The position numbers and the translations under genes are program-made. The notes beneath the pieces were generated by a model. The model did not search any database. It was given only the letters and a program-made list of their open reading frames with translations, and had not been told where the DNA came from. Below are positions 10,573 to 20,825 of a DNA stretch of 32,000 nucleotides, one piece after another. Positions within the stretch are counted from its first letter, which is position 1. Each line of letters starts with the position of its first letter. The stretch lies in NCBI RefSeq assembly GCF_002945325.1, contig NZ_CP026606.1:870001-902000 (forward strand), read 5' to 3'. The stretch comes from Methanococcus maripaludis. GTDB taxonomy: Archaea > AGJL01 > Methanococci > Methanococcales > Methanococcaceae.

Positions 10573-11207
10573 TATTCCACCTTTTAATTTTATACTTATT
10601 TTTAACCTGAAATGGGAAATACGGGCCAAATTAAAAATTTAAAAGCCGTTAAGTCACAAATTCAAAGTTAAAAATGAGTTTGAATATATTTTTTGAGAAA
10701 ATGAAGATCTAGTCTCAAAAATTTGAATGTTCCATTGTGAATATTGTGGTCTTGTGGGGCCACACCCACACATATATAGTTACTACATATAATTACTTAT
10801 CGATTTTATGTAATTAAAAATTATTAATATATATTTATTACTCGTTAAAAAGTTTCTTAAATTATCAATCTTGTACTTAAAACCCCTAAAAACGAAAAAT
10901 ATTCTTTAAAACCTGTTAAATAATACTCATATCGATAAATATTAATTTTTGATATTCTGTAAAATAGTCCTTTATATACGGGTTACCTCAGTTGATATAG
11001 TAATTTATATATATTACGAGAGTTACATAGTGTAATGTGCGATAGTTGCACATCTTAGAAAGTGACATTCATATTCCACTTTTAAAGATCACCCAAAATA
11101 TTTGTCCCAACAATAGAGAGATATCAAGAAATATCTTTTCTTTATATCCTTTAAAAGAGCTTTTTTCAAAAAATTTTAAAAAATTTAAAAATAGTATTTT
11201 ATGATTG
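10573..11207 (-). promoter_or_regulatory. Long intergenic/leader region upstream of fdhA, with TATA-like boxes and inverted repeats
   Basis: ~635 bp without a credible ORF. TATA-like sequences on the minus strand near 10971-10978 (CGTATATAAAGG) and 11004-11013 (TATATATAAA). Several inverted repeats, listed separately. Confidence 0.6.
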
Positions 11208-12257
<1,050 letters not shown>

Positions 12258-12271
12258 CTAAATAAAAAAAT

Positions 12272-12775
12272 TTAAGCTTTTGAAATCTTTTTCTTCAAAT
12301 GTGGCATTAATCCGCCATTGTTTAAGATTTCCATCATGAAGTCTGGAAGATTTTGGCCAGTTAGTTCGACGCCAGTTGTAACATTTTTAACTGTACCTTT
12401 ATCAAGGTCAACTCTCAAAACGTCGCCTTCTTTTACGTGTTTTGAAATGTCTTTACATTCTAACAATGGAAATCCGATATTGATGGAATTTCTATAAAAA
12501 ATTCTTGCAAAACTCTCTGCAATAACCATTGAAATACCTAAACCTTTCAAACCAATTGGAGCGTGTTCTCTTGAACTTCCGCAACCGAAATTCTTACCGC
12601 CAACGATAATGTCGCCAACAGTAGCTTTTTCAGGGAATTCTGGGTCGGTTCCAGTCATTGCATATTTTGCAAGCTGTTCTTCGGTAGTGTATACAAGGTA
12701 TCTTGCAGGTAATATTGCATCAGTATCGATGTTATCTCCAAAAACCCATGCTTTGCCTTCGACAGTCTTTTTCAT
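12272..12775 (-). CDS. leuD: 3-isopropylmalate dehydratase small subunit (homoaconitase small-subunit paralogue not excluded)
   Basis: GKAWVFGDNIDTDAILPARYLVYTT and GGKNFGCGSSREHAP signature. Start corrected from 12832 to the ATG at 12775 (MKKTVEGKAW), which removes the overlap with thrC. Confidence 0.82.
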   Translation of the reverse strand: MKKTVEGKAWVFGDNIDTDAILPARYLVYTTEEQLAKYAMTGTDPEFPEKATVGDIIVGGKNFGCGSSREHAPIGLKGLGISMVIAESFARIFYRNSINIGFPLLECKDISKHVKEGDVLRVDLDKGTVKNVTTGVELTGQNLPDFMMEILNNGGLMPHLKKKISKA

Positions 12776-12792
12776 AATTCCACCAGATTTAA

Positions 12793-14007
12793 TTATTCGT
12801 CTATTGCTTTTCTGAGTACGTCCATGTCGCATTCAATTTCAGTAGGCATTGTACTTGCTTTGATTGCAGCGTCTGGATCTTTTAATCCATTACCTGTTGT
12901 GATACATACGATTTTTTGATTTTTGTCAATTAATCCCATGTTTATTAATTTAATAAGACCTGCAATTGATGAAGCTGAAGCAGGTTCTACGAAAATTCCT
13001 TCTGTTTGTGCGAGAAGTTTTTGAGCTTCGATAATTTCTTCATCGTTTACGCTTTCTGCAAGTCCGCCTGAAGATTTGATTGCATCAAGTGCTTTTGCAG
13101 CGTTTACAGGGTTTCCAATTCTGATTGCAGTTGCGATTGTTTCAGGATTTTCGTCAGGAACTATTTCGTCGAGTCCTTCTTTTATCGCTTTTACAATTGG
13201 CTGTGCACCTTCTGCTTGGATTCCAGTCATTTTTGGTAATCTGTCAATCATTTCTGTTTCTTTAAATTCTTTAAATCCTTTCCAGATTGCGCTGATGTTT
13301 CCAGCGTTTCCAACCGGTAAAATAACCATGTCTGGAACTTCAAAGTCTAACTGGTCGCAGATTTCAAAACCAATTGTTTTCTGACCTTCAAGTCTGAATG
13401 GGTTTACAGAGTTTAATAAATAGAGTTTGTTTTCTAATGCAAGGTTCTTAACCATTACAAGAGCTTCATCAAAGTTTCCGTTGATCTGGATAACTTTTGC
13501 ACCGTAAAACATTGCCTGAGCAAGTTTTCCAAGAGCTACTTTTCCTCCAGGAAGAAGAACAATACATTTTTTACCTGCTCTTGCAGAGTATGCTGCAAGT
13601 GATGCAGATGTGTTTCCGGTTGAAGCACAGCCTACTACTTCAACACCAAGTTCGTTTGCTCTTGTAACCCCTACAGTCATTCCTCTATCTTTGAAACTTC
13701 CTGTTGGGTTTGCACCTTCGTTTTTAACATATAACTCTTTCATTCCTAATTTTTTTGCGAGATTTTCACATTTGTAAAGTGGAGTTCCCCCTTCGTGAAG
13801 GCTCACAATTTTTGCAGGATCTTTAACAGGCAGATAGTCTAAATATCTCCATACGCCAAGTTCTCTTTCCCTTAAGGATTCTTTTGAAACTTTTTCTTTT
13901 ATACTTTCAAAATCGTATTTAATTTCGAGTAATCCGCCACATTCGCAGTTGTAAATTATGGCATCAACATCGTATTCTTTTCCGCATACTCTGCATTTTT
14001 GAATCAT
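12793..14007 (-). CDS. thrC: Threonine synthase
   Basis: N-terminal CRVCGKEYDVDAIIYNCECGG zinc-finger-like segment, PLP-lysine motif ANPTGSFKDRGMTVG, VGCASTGNTSASLAAYSARAG, LLPVGNAGNISAIWKG-type sequence. Confidence 0.94.
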   Translation of the reverse strand: MIQKCRVCGKEYDVDAIIYNCECGGLLEIKYDFESIKEKVSKESLRERELGVWRYLDYLPVKDPAKIVSLHEGGTPLYKCENLAKKLGMKELYVKNEGANPTGSFKDRGMTVGVTRANELGVEVVGCASTGNTSASLAAYSARAGKKCIVLLPGGKVALGKLAQAMFYGAKVIQINGNFDEALVMVKNLALENKLYLLNSVNPFRLEGQKTIGFEICDQLDFEVPDMVILPVGNAGNISAIWKGFKEFKETEMIDRLPKMTGIQAEGAQPIVKAIKEGLDEIVPDENPETIATAIRIGNPVNAAKALDAIKSSGGLAESVNDEEIIEAQKLLAQTEGIFVEPASASSIAGLIKLINMGLIDKNQKIVCITTGNGLKDPDAAIKASTMPTEIECDMDVLRKAIDE

Positions 14008-14278
14008 ATTCTCACTTGTTATCTTGATTGAATACCACTATCAAATTATAAAATATAAATGTATCATTAATCAGGGAACTTTGAAATTAATAAAGCGAAA
14101 CTTCAAACTTTTGGTTTAGAAAATCTAATAACATAAATCATAAATACTAATACCAATATATGGAAATTGGGGAATCTAATTATTAGCTATATGCCACCAA
14201 TTGATACCAAACCATTGTAAATATTGTGCATCTTGGATAAGACCTATTTTTTTGGGAAAGCGTTTTTTCTTTCCAAAT

Positions 14279-14623
14279 TTACAGATATTTTTTTATTTTT
14301 ATAAGTGTTTTAATTGATGAAGTTATTTCGTGAATTCTGCCAATTTCTTCTTCAGAATCCAATTTAGAAAATAAATATTCGATTTTTCTATTTATTGTCC
14401 TTAATTTATCATCATTTTTTGAGATATTGTTTTCATTTATTTTTTTTAATTGTTTTTCTGATTCTTTTGAATCGCCTTTTAATTCAATTTCAGAAGTACT
14501 GCAGTTTGGGCAGTATTCCAAACCGTCTTTTTCGAACATTGGAAACCCGCAAGAACTGCAGTGTTTTCCAAGCATTTTTGCCCCCTTGGCAAGCTCTTTT
14601 GAAGCCATACTGATTTCATCCAC
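14279..14623 (-). CDS. Small zinc-ribbon protein, Sjogren's syndrome/scleroderma autoantigen 1 family
   Basis: MASKELAKGAKMLGKHCSSCGFPMFEKDGLEYCPNC. GTG start after GGTGG. Confidence 0.75.
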   Translation of the reverse strand: MDEISMASKELAKGAKMLGKHCSSCGFPMFEKDGLEYCPNCSTSEIELKGDSKESEKQLKKINENNISKNDDKLRTINRKIEYLFSKLDSEEEIGRIHEITSSIKTLIKIKKYL

Positions 14624-14684
14624 GTTACCACCAGATTTATATATTAATTAAAATAATATACAAAAAAAGGTAATGGTGGTTATT

Positions 14685-16175
14685 TTGTTTTTAGATAAAA
14701 TAGTTAGTGCTCAAAGAGCCTACACTTTTGACGATGTATTATTAGTTCCAAACAAATCCTTTGTTGATCCAAAAACTACGGATGTTTCGGTCGATATTGC
14801 AGGTTTAAAGCTTAATATCCCGATTATATCTGCGGCAATGGACACAGTTTCTGAAAAAGATTTAGCAATTGCTCTTGCAAGAAGAGGGGGAATTGCAGTA
14901 ATCCACAGAAACATGACTGTTGAAGAACAGTTGAAACACGTTAAGGCTGTTAAAATGGCAGAAAATCTAGTAATTAGAGATGTCGTAACAGTTGAACCTT
15001 CCAGCAGTGTTTTAGATGCTGAAAGGATAATGTACGAATACAACGTGAGCGGTCTTCCAGTAGTTTCTGAAAACAAGACTCTTGTCGGGATTCTCACCAC
15101 AAGAGACTTAAAATTCGTTCCAGATAAAAACGTGGCTGTAGAAACAGTTATGACCAAAGAAGTACTTCACGTACATGAAGATACACCATATGAAGAAATT
15201 TTAAACAGACTTTACGAAAACAAAATCGAAAGACTTCCTATTTTGGATAAAAACACGAAAGAACTTCTCGGAATGGTTACATTAAGAGATATCTTAAAAA
15301 GAAAAAAATACCCTGACGCAGCAAGAGATAGTGATGGAAAACTCGTTGTTGCAGCAGCTTGCGGTCCAAGCGACTTTGAAAGAGCTGAAGCATTAGTTTT
15401 AGCGGGTGTTGATGCAGTTGCAATTGATTGTGCACACGCGCACAACATGCAGGTTGTAGAAAACGTCAAAAAATTAAAAGAAATATTAAAAGGAACCAAA
15501 ACAAAATTATTCGTTGGAAACATTGCAACAGGCGAAGCTGCAGAAGATTTAATTAAAGCGGGTGCAGATGCACTTAAAGTTGGAATTGGACCTGGTTCCA
15601 TATGTACAACAAGAGTTGTTGCAGGAGTTGGAGTTCCCCAGTTAACTGCAGTTGCTGAAGTTGCTGAAGTTGCTAAAAAGTACGGTGTTCCAGTAATCGC
15701 AGACGGCGGTATAAAATACAGCGGTGACATTGCAAAAGCAATTGCAGCTGGTGCAAATGCTGTAATGGTTGGAAGTCTTTTAGCAGGTACAGAAGAAGCT
15801 CCAGGATCATTAATGACCATTAACGGAAGAAAATACAAACAATATAGAGGAATGGGTTCCCTTGGTGCAATGTGTGGAAGTTCCGGAAACGTTGCAGACA
15901 GATACTTCCAGAGTGGACACATGAAACACTCAAAACTCGTTCCTGAAGGAATCGAAGGTGCTGTTCCATATAAGGGGCCTACAAGCGATATTGTATACCA
16001 GTTAATTGGTGGTTTAAGATCATCCATGGGATACTGTGGTGCACAGAACCTTTCTGAAATGCATGAAAAGGCAAGATTTGTAATTATTACCCAAAGTGGA
16101 CAGAAAGAAAGCCACCCTCACGATGTTTTAATCACGAACGAAGCTCCAAACTACCCAATAAACGCTGAAAGATAA
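14685..16175 (+). CDS. guaB: IMP dehydrogenase
   Basis: [13 protein letters not shown], tandem CBS domains, [17 protein letters not shown]. The track starts at 14673, but GGTGG sits inside that extension and points to the TTG at about 14685 ([17 protein letters not shown]). Confidence 0.94.
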   Translation: MFLDKIVSAQRAYTFDDVLLVPNKSFVDPKTTDVSVDIAGLKLNIPIISAAMDTVSEKDLAIALARRGGIAVIHRNMTVEEQLKHVKAVKMAENLVIRDVVTVEPSSSVLDAERIMYEYNVSGLPVVSENKTLVGILTTRDLKFVPDKNVAVETVMTKEVLHVHEDTPYEEILNRLYENKIERLPILDKNTKELLGMVTLRDILKRKKYPDAARDSDGKLVVAAACGPSDFERAEALVLAGVDAVAIDCAHAHNMQVVENVKKLKEILKGTKTKLFVGNIATGEAAEDLIKAGADALKVGIGPGSICTTRVVAGVGVPQLTAVAEVAEVAKKYGVPVIADGGIKYSGDIAKAIAAGANAVMVGSLLAGTEEAPGSLMTINGRKYKQYRGMGSLGAMCGSSGNVADRYFQSGHMKHSKLVPEGIEGAVPYKGPTSDIVYQLIGGLRSSMGYCGAQNLSEMHEKARFVIITQSGQKESHPHDVLITNEAPNYPINAER

Positions 16176-16247
16176 TTCTCTTTTTTATTTTTTATTTCTT
16201 TGAAAAAAGTTTAGAAATAGTTTTTAAAATAATTTAAAAAAATAATA

Positions 16248-17111
16248 TTATTCTATATATTTTTTACCGGTTTTTGACCTTATTTCTTTGAATCTATCAC
16301 TTAACTCTTTTGTAACAGGGCCTAATTTTCCGTTGTTAATTATTCTTCCATCGATTTCAACAACATGGATTAATTCTGCTGCAGTTCCTGTGATAAATAT
16401 CTCATCTGCAACAAATAAATCGTGTAACGTCATTTTTTCTTCTATAATTGTATAACCTGCTTCTTTTGCAAGATCTACAACAGTGTCTCTTGTAATTCCT
16501 TTTAAAACACTTGATGAAAGAGGAGGTGTTTTTATTTTACCATTTTTAATAACAAATACATTGTCACCAGTTCCTTCTGCGACGTATCCTTCACTGTCGA
16601 GTAAAAAAGCTTCGTCTACACCTGCGTAATTGGCCTGAATTTTTGCTAAAATACTGTTTAAATAATTTAAAGATTTTACAGCAGGATTTAAAACATCTAC
16701 AGGTAGTCTTCTTATTGATGAGGTTATAACCTTTATTCCATCTTCTCCAAGAAGTGGTTTCATATTCTCTGCAATACAGAAAATCGTTGCTTTTGGACAT
16801 TTTCTTGGATCAAGTCCTAAATCCCCAACTCCCCTTGTAACTACAAGTCTTATGTATGCGTCTTTTAAGTTGTTTGATTTTAAAGTTTCGATAACAATTT
16901 CTTCCATTTCTACTTTTGAAGCAGGGATTTTCATAGCGATAGAATCTGCTGAATCATATAAACGTTCAATATGTTCTTCTAATTTAAATACTACTCCATC
17001 ATATGCCCTAATTCCTTCAAAAACCCCGTCACCATAAAGCAAACCGTGGTCATATACGGATACTTTCGCATTTTCTTTTTCTACGAAATTTCCATCGAGA
17101 TAAATTTTCAT
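16248..17111 (-). CDS. ilvE: Branched-chain amino acid aminotransferase
   Basis: MKIYLDGNFVEKENAKVSVYDHGLLYGDGVFEGIRAYDG, LNYLNSILAKIQAN, EGTGDNVFV: class IV PLP aminotransferase motifs. Confidence 0.93.
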   Translation of the reverse strand: MKIYLDGNFVEKENAKVSVYDHGLLYGDGVFEGIRAYDGVVFKLEEHIERLYDSADSIAMKIPASKVEMEEIVIETLKSNNLKDAYIRLVVTRGVGDLGLDPRKCPKATIFCIAENMKPLLGEDGIKVITSSIRRLPVDVLNPAVKSLNYLNSILAKIQANYAGVDEAFLLDSEGYVAEGTGDNVFVIKNGKIKTPPLSSSVLKGITRDTVVDLAKEAGYTIIEEKMTLHDLFVADEIFITGTAAELIHVVEIDGRIINNGKLGPVTKELSDRFKEIRSKTGKKYIE

Positions 17112-17160
17112 GACTAAACCACCATCAAAAATACTTTTAATGCATTTAAGAGTTTAATTC

Positions 17161-18315
17161 TTAATATTTTTTTGTATTTGAAAGGCTTTCTAAAAATCCG
17201 TCGATATGTTCAATTTCAAGATGCGGCATTACAACAATCCTTAAAGCATCTACACACCTGCAAACTGAAACGTACCAGTTCTCTTCTCGCAGTTTCATAC
17301 ATGTTTCATGTTTATTTTCATCTTTTAGTGCAACAATATTCATTACCGGATCAATTGCAGTTTCAAACCCATATTCTCTCGCTTTTTTCACTAAATGCGT
17401 TGTTTTTTCCATTGATTCGTTTACAAGGGTTTCATATCCATCTATTCCAAGTAATTTCATAATTCCCCAAGTTGACGCAACACCTACGCCAGAACGAGTT
17501 CCAATTATCGTTGCCTGCTGTTTTTCAGTTAAATACGGAGCATCCACATCCAGATATTTTTTAAAAGTATTATCCCTAAACAAAATTCCTCCGGCAGAAA
17601 TTGGAGCAAGCCCCATCTTGTGAGGGTCTATCGTAATAGAAGAAACTCCGTTTAGTGAAAAATCAAAATCGTAATTATATCCATCTAATTTGTATTTATC
17701 GTCTAAAAATGGAATTACAAAACCACCAAATGCAGCATCCACGTGAAGCAAAATATCATTTTCAACCGCGATTTTTGATAATTCGCAGATATTATCAATT
17801 GATCCAAGTTCTGTACATCCTGCAATCCCTACAATTCCAGATACTTCGTTTTTAGAATCTTCGATATAATCTCGAATAAATTTTACATCCATTGTAAAAT
17901 ATTTCGTTAAAGGAGGCCGTACAACATTTAAATCCATCATATCTTTTGCTTTGTCAAAAGAAAAGTGTGCAGTTTCAGGAATTATGATATTTTGAGGTTT
18001 ACCCTTAGATTTTGAGATATTTTTAAATGCCCTCATTGCCGTAAGGTTTGCTTCAGTTCCCCCTGAAATAATGTAACCAAAAACATTATTATTGTGCAAA
18101 ATACCGCCAATCATTGAAACTACTTCTTTTTCTAACTTTGAAGTACCTTTAAATAATCCAGGATCTCCCAAATTTGTTTCAAAAAACATTTCTGAAATTT
18201 TTCGTGCCATTGGGTGTGGTTTTGTGCACATTGAGCCTAAAATGTAGCCTTCTTCGTATTTTAAATCCTGATTCCTGTATTCTCGTAATTCGTTTAAAAT
18301 ATCCTGCTCATCCAT
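17161..18315 (-). CDS. mfnA: L-tyrosine/L-aspartate decarboxylase MfnA (methanofuran/CoA biosynthesis)
   Basis: Group II PLP decarboxylase: [52 protein letters not shown]. Confidence 0.92.
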   Translation of the reverse strand: MDEQDILNELREYRNQDLKYEEGYILGSMCTKPHPMARKISEMFFETNLGDPGLFKGTSKLEKEVVSMIGGILHNNNVFGYIISGGTEANLTAMRAFKNISKSKGKPQNIIIPETAHFSFDKAKDMMDLNVVRPPLTKYFTMDVKFIRDYIEDSKNEVSGIVGIAGCTELGSIDNICELSKIAVENDILLHVDAAFGGFVIPFLDDKYKLDGYNYDFDFSLNGVSSITIDPHKMGLAPISAGGILFRDNTFKKYLDVDAPYLTEKQQATIIGTRSGVGVASTWGIMKLLGIDGYETLVNESMEKTTHLVKKAREYGFETAIDPVMNIVALKDENKHETCMKLREENWYVSVCRCVDALRIVVMPHLEIEHIDGFLESLSNTKKY

Positions 18316-18459
18316 TGGTAATCTACCGGTAAGATTTTTTTAATTTCTTTGAGTTAATTGTTTATAAAATCGCTGCACTTTTTAAAAAACCTTTGTATCA
18401 GATCGTTGATTATTTAAAAAAAGAGATTTTTTTGTAATGATATAATTTTTTACAAACTT

Positions 18460-19305
18460 TTATAATTTTATTTTTCTTTTCGCTTTTCTATCAGCCCAGC
18501 ACTGGATACATATTCCAACAGGAAGAGATGCAGTATGGCATCCATTTACCTCGATAAATACATCTAAAGCAGTTATCTTACCGCCGAGTCCCATTGCACC
18601 AATTCCAAGCTGATTTATACTATCCAACAGCTCTTTTTCCAGATTTTCAATTGTTTTTTCAGGATTTCTGTTTCCAATATCTCTTAAAAGAGCTTTTTTA
18701 GCAAGTTTCAATGAAATGTCTGCAGTTCCACCTATTCCTATACCCAATACTATTGGAGGACACGGTTTACCGCCCGCATTTACAACTGTTTCAAGGATAA
18801 ATTTTTTTATTCCCTTTAAACCTTCAGAAGGAGTCAGCATCTTTAAAGCACTCATGTTTTCGCTTCCTGCCCCTTTTGGAAACACAGATATTTCGATTTC
18901 ATTGTTCAAACTTTCGCTAAATTCAAAATTTATAAAAGGTGCACCCATTCCGGTATTCGTGCCTAAATTTTCCCGAGTAATTGGGTTTACAACGTTTGGC
19001 CTCAATGGAACTTCTGCGGTTGCCCGTTTTACGCCTTTTTCAATCTCTTTAATTATTTCAATTATTTTTTCACTTGATATTCCTTTTCCAATTTTTAAAA
19101 AAATAACCGGAACTCCCGTATCCTGACAGAGGGGGATTTGTTTAGTTTCCGCAATTTTATTGTTTAATTCGATTGCTTGGAGCGTATCCTTACATGCACC
19201 ACACTCTACTTCTTCAGCGTGTTTTAATTTAGACTTAACGTCGTCTGGAAGATAAATTGAGGCTTCTTTAAATAATTCAACAACAATTTCTGAAATATTG
19301 CTCAT
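18460..19305 (-). CDS. fumA: Fumarate hydratase / tartrate dehydratase-type Fe-S hydro-lyase, alpha subunit
   Basis: PLCQDTGVPVIFLKIG, VGIGIGGTADISLKLAKKALLR, GIGAMGLGGKITALDVFIE. No adjacent beta-subunit gene. Confidence 0.87.
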   Translation of the reverse strand: MSNISEIVVELFKEASIYLPDDVKSKLKHAEEVECGACKDTLQAIELNNKIAETKQIPLCQDTGVPVIFLKIGKGISSEKIIEIIKEIEKGVKRATAEVPLRPNVVNPITRENLGTNTGMGAPFINFEFSESLNNEIEISVFPKGAGSENMSALKMLTPSEGLKGIKKFILETVVNAGGKPCPPIVLGIGIGGTADISLKLAKKALLRDIGNRNPEKTIENLEKELLDSINQLGIGAMGLGGKITALDVFIEVNGCHTASLPVGICIQCWADRKAKRKIKL

Positions 19306-19320
19306 AAAAACACCGGTAAA

Positions 19321-19977
19321 TTATATCCTTTTTAAAATTTCTAAGGGATTTGTTTTTAATGAATTTTCAAGTTCTCTAAATGACATTCCTGCACCAAGTC
19401 CCACTTTTCTTGCAAATTCGTAAGTTATAAGATCACTTGGAGCGTGTGTATCAGTATTTATCACCATTGGAATTTTTAATTCCCTTGCAACAGATACCAC
19501 GTGGCCGTTTGTAAGTGAGTGGCCTTTTCTGGAGGTTATCTCAAAAAATATGTTATTTTCAAGAGCATTTTGTGCAGTTTCAATATCAATTAGTCCAGGG
19601 TGTGCTAAAATATCAACATCTTCTGAAATTGATGCATAATAATTTGTTTTTTCAGCCACAGGCTCAACTGGAGTTTCCCCGTGAACTACAACAATTTCTG
19701 CACCCCCATCTTTACATTTTTTAGCCATTTTTGGAATTGATTTTGGGGGAATATGCGTTAATTCAACGCCCACAACAATCTCAATATCATCCATGTAGTT
19801 TGATAATTCTTGTTTTGCTAAAGTATTTTTTTCGATTAATTCCTTGTAATTACTTGCATCTGCATGATCCGTTATCCCTACTGCCCTATGTTCCAATACA
19901 GACGCCCTTCGTATGAGTTCTGAAGGAATAAGTTCTCCATCACTAAATACCGTGTGAGTGTGAAAGTCGTACCTCAA
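19321..19977 (-). CDS. PHP-domain metal-dependent phosphoesterase
   Basis: YDFHTHTVFSDGELIPSELIRRA, VGITDHADA, LAHPG, INTDTHAP. The track starts at 19995; GGTGATAAT just upstream suggests the TTG at 19977. Confidence 0.85.
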   Translation of the reverse strand: MRYDFHTHTVFSDGELIPSELIRRASVLEHRAVGITDHADASNYKELIEKNTLAKQELSNYMDDIEIVVGVELTHIPPKSIPKMAKKCKDGGAEIVVVHGETPVEPVAEKTNYYASISEDVDILAHPGLIDIETAQNALENNIFFEITSRKGHSLTNGHVVSVARELKIPMVINTDTHAPSDLITYEFARKVGLGAGMSFRELENSLKTNPLEILKRI

Positions 19978-20054
19978 ATTATCACCAAAGCCCAAATTTA
20001 TAATGTATCCAATTATAACTAATATTAAATAAATAATTTCTATGTGGAGAAAAT

Positions 20055-20624
20055 ATGGTGGAAGAAAGAATAATAAACTTGTCTCATGAAATTAAGAATT
20101 TTGTATATCCCAATGACCCGGAATTTAGCGTGAAAACTAAAAAAAATGGCAAATACTCGGTTTCAGAAATAAAAATGGGCGTTCATACCGGAACACACAT
20201 TGATTACCCGATGCATGTTGGACTTACAAATGAAAAATTTGAAAATGTTTTTGGAAACGGCTACTGTATTTCATTTAAAAATATGAATGATTTTTTTAAA
20301 AATGCACCTAAAAATTTAGAAATCCTGCTCATAAACACAGGTTTTTCAAAATACTGGGGAGATACAACATATTTTGAAAAAGAGTGCGACATTGAAAACC
20401 ACGTTGAAAAACTAATTTCTATGAATTTAAAAGCTGTTGGAATAGACTGCTACTCCATTGGAAACTTTTCAATCCATGAAAAACTTTTATCTTCAAAAAT
20501 TAAAATAATTGAAAATATGAAAAACCTTGAAATTTTGGAAAACAAAACTTTCAGATTCATTGGATTCCCGCTAAATATTGAAAAAATTGATGGATCTCCA
20601 ATTAATGCAGTTGCATTTCTCTAA
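20055..20624 (+). CDS. Cyclase (kynurenine formamidase-like) family protein
   Basis: ISEIKMGVHTGTHIDYPMHVG is the HxGTHxD metal-binding motif. Further: KAVGIDCYSI. Confidence 0.85.
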   Translation: MVEERIINLSHEIKNFVYPNDPEFSVKTKKNGKYSVSEIKMGVHTGTHIDYPMHVGLTNEKFENVFGNGYCISFKNMNDFFKNAPKNLEILLINTGFSKYWGDTTYFEKECDIENHVEKLISMNLKAVGIDCYSIGNFSIHEKLLSSKIKIIENMKNLEILENKTFRFIGFPLNIEKIDGSPINAVAFL

Positions 20625-20825
20625 AAATACTTTTTTTAATTTATTTTTCAATTTTTCAAAAATTATTATATTGATATTTGATTTTTTAATAGCAATATTT
20701 ATTTTGCATAGTACATCATAGTATTTATTGCTAAAAAAATAATTTTTATGTATGTATAAAATATTAATAACAAATACGTTAATGTGAAACACATGAAAAA
20801 TTTTATTAATATATTTATATTTAAC

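Noticed and set aside
10621-10649. ACGGGCCAAATTAAAAATTTAAAAGCCGT, candidate SECIS-like hairpin in the fdhA leader
   Set aside because: Pairs only weakly (ACGG/CCGT plus AT pairs) and lacks the GAA/A internal loop and GC stem of archaeal SECIS elements.
14252-14276. Bulged hairpin TTGGGAAAG...CTTTCCAA just downstream of the zinc-ribbon gene
   Set aside because: Possible 3'-end structure, but it has a bulge and no clear T-run after it on the minus strand; too weak to call as a terminator.
15212-16027. 271-aa antisense ORF opposite guaB (also 14720..15157 minus)
   Set aside because: Fully overlaps the strongly supported guaB gene. No recognisable domain and no RBS context; a codon-bias shadow ORF.
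18716-19126. 136-aa plus-strand ORF opposite fumA
   Set aside because: Pro-rich shadow ORF within a conserved enzyme gene.
20571-20792. 73-aa minus-strand ORF upstream of hmd
   Set aside because: Lys/Asn/Ile-rich translation of AT-rich intergenic sequence, partly overlapping the cyclase gene.
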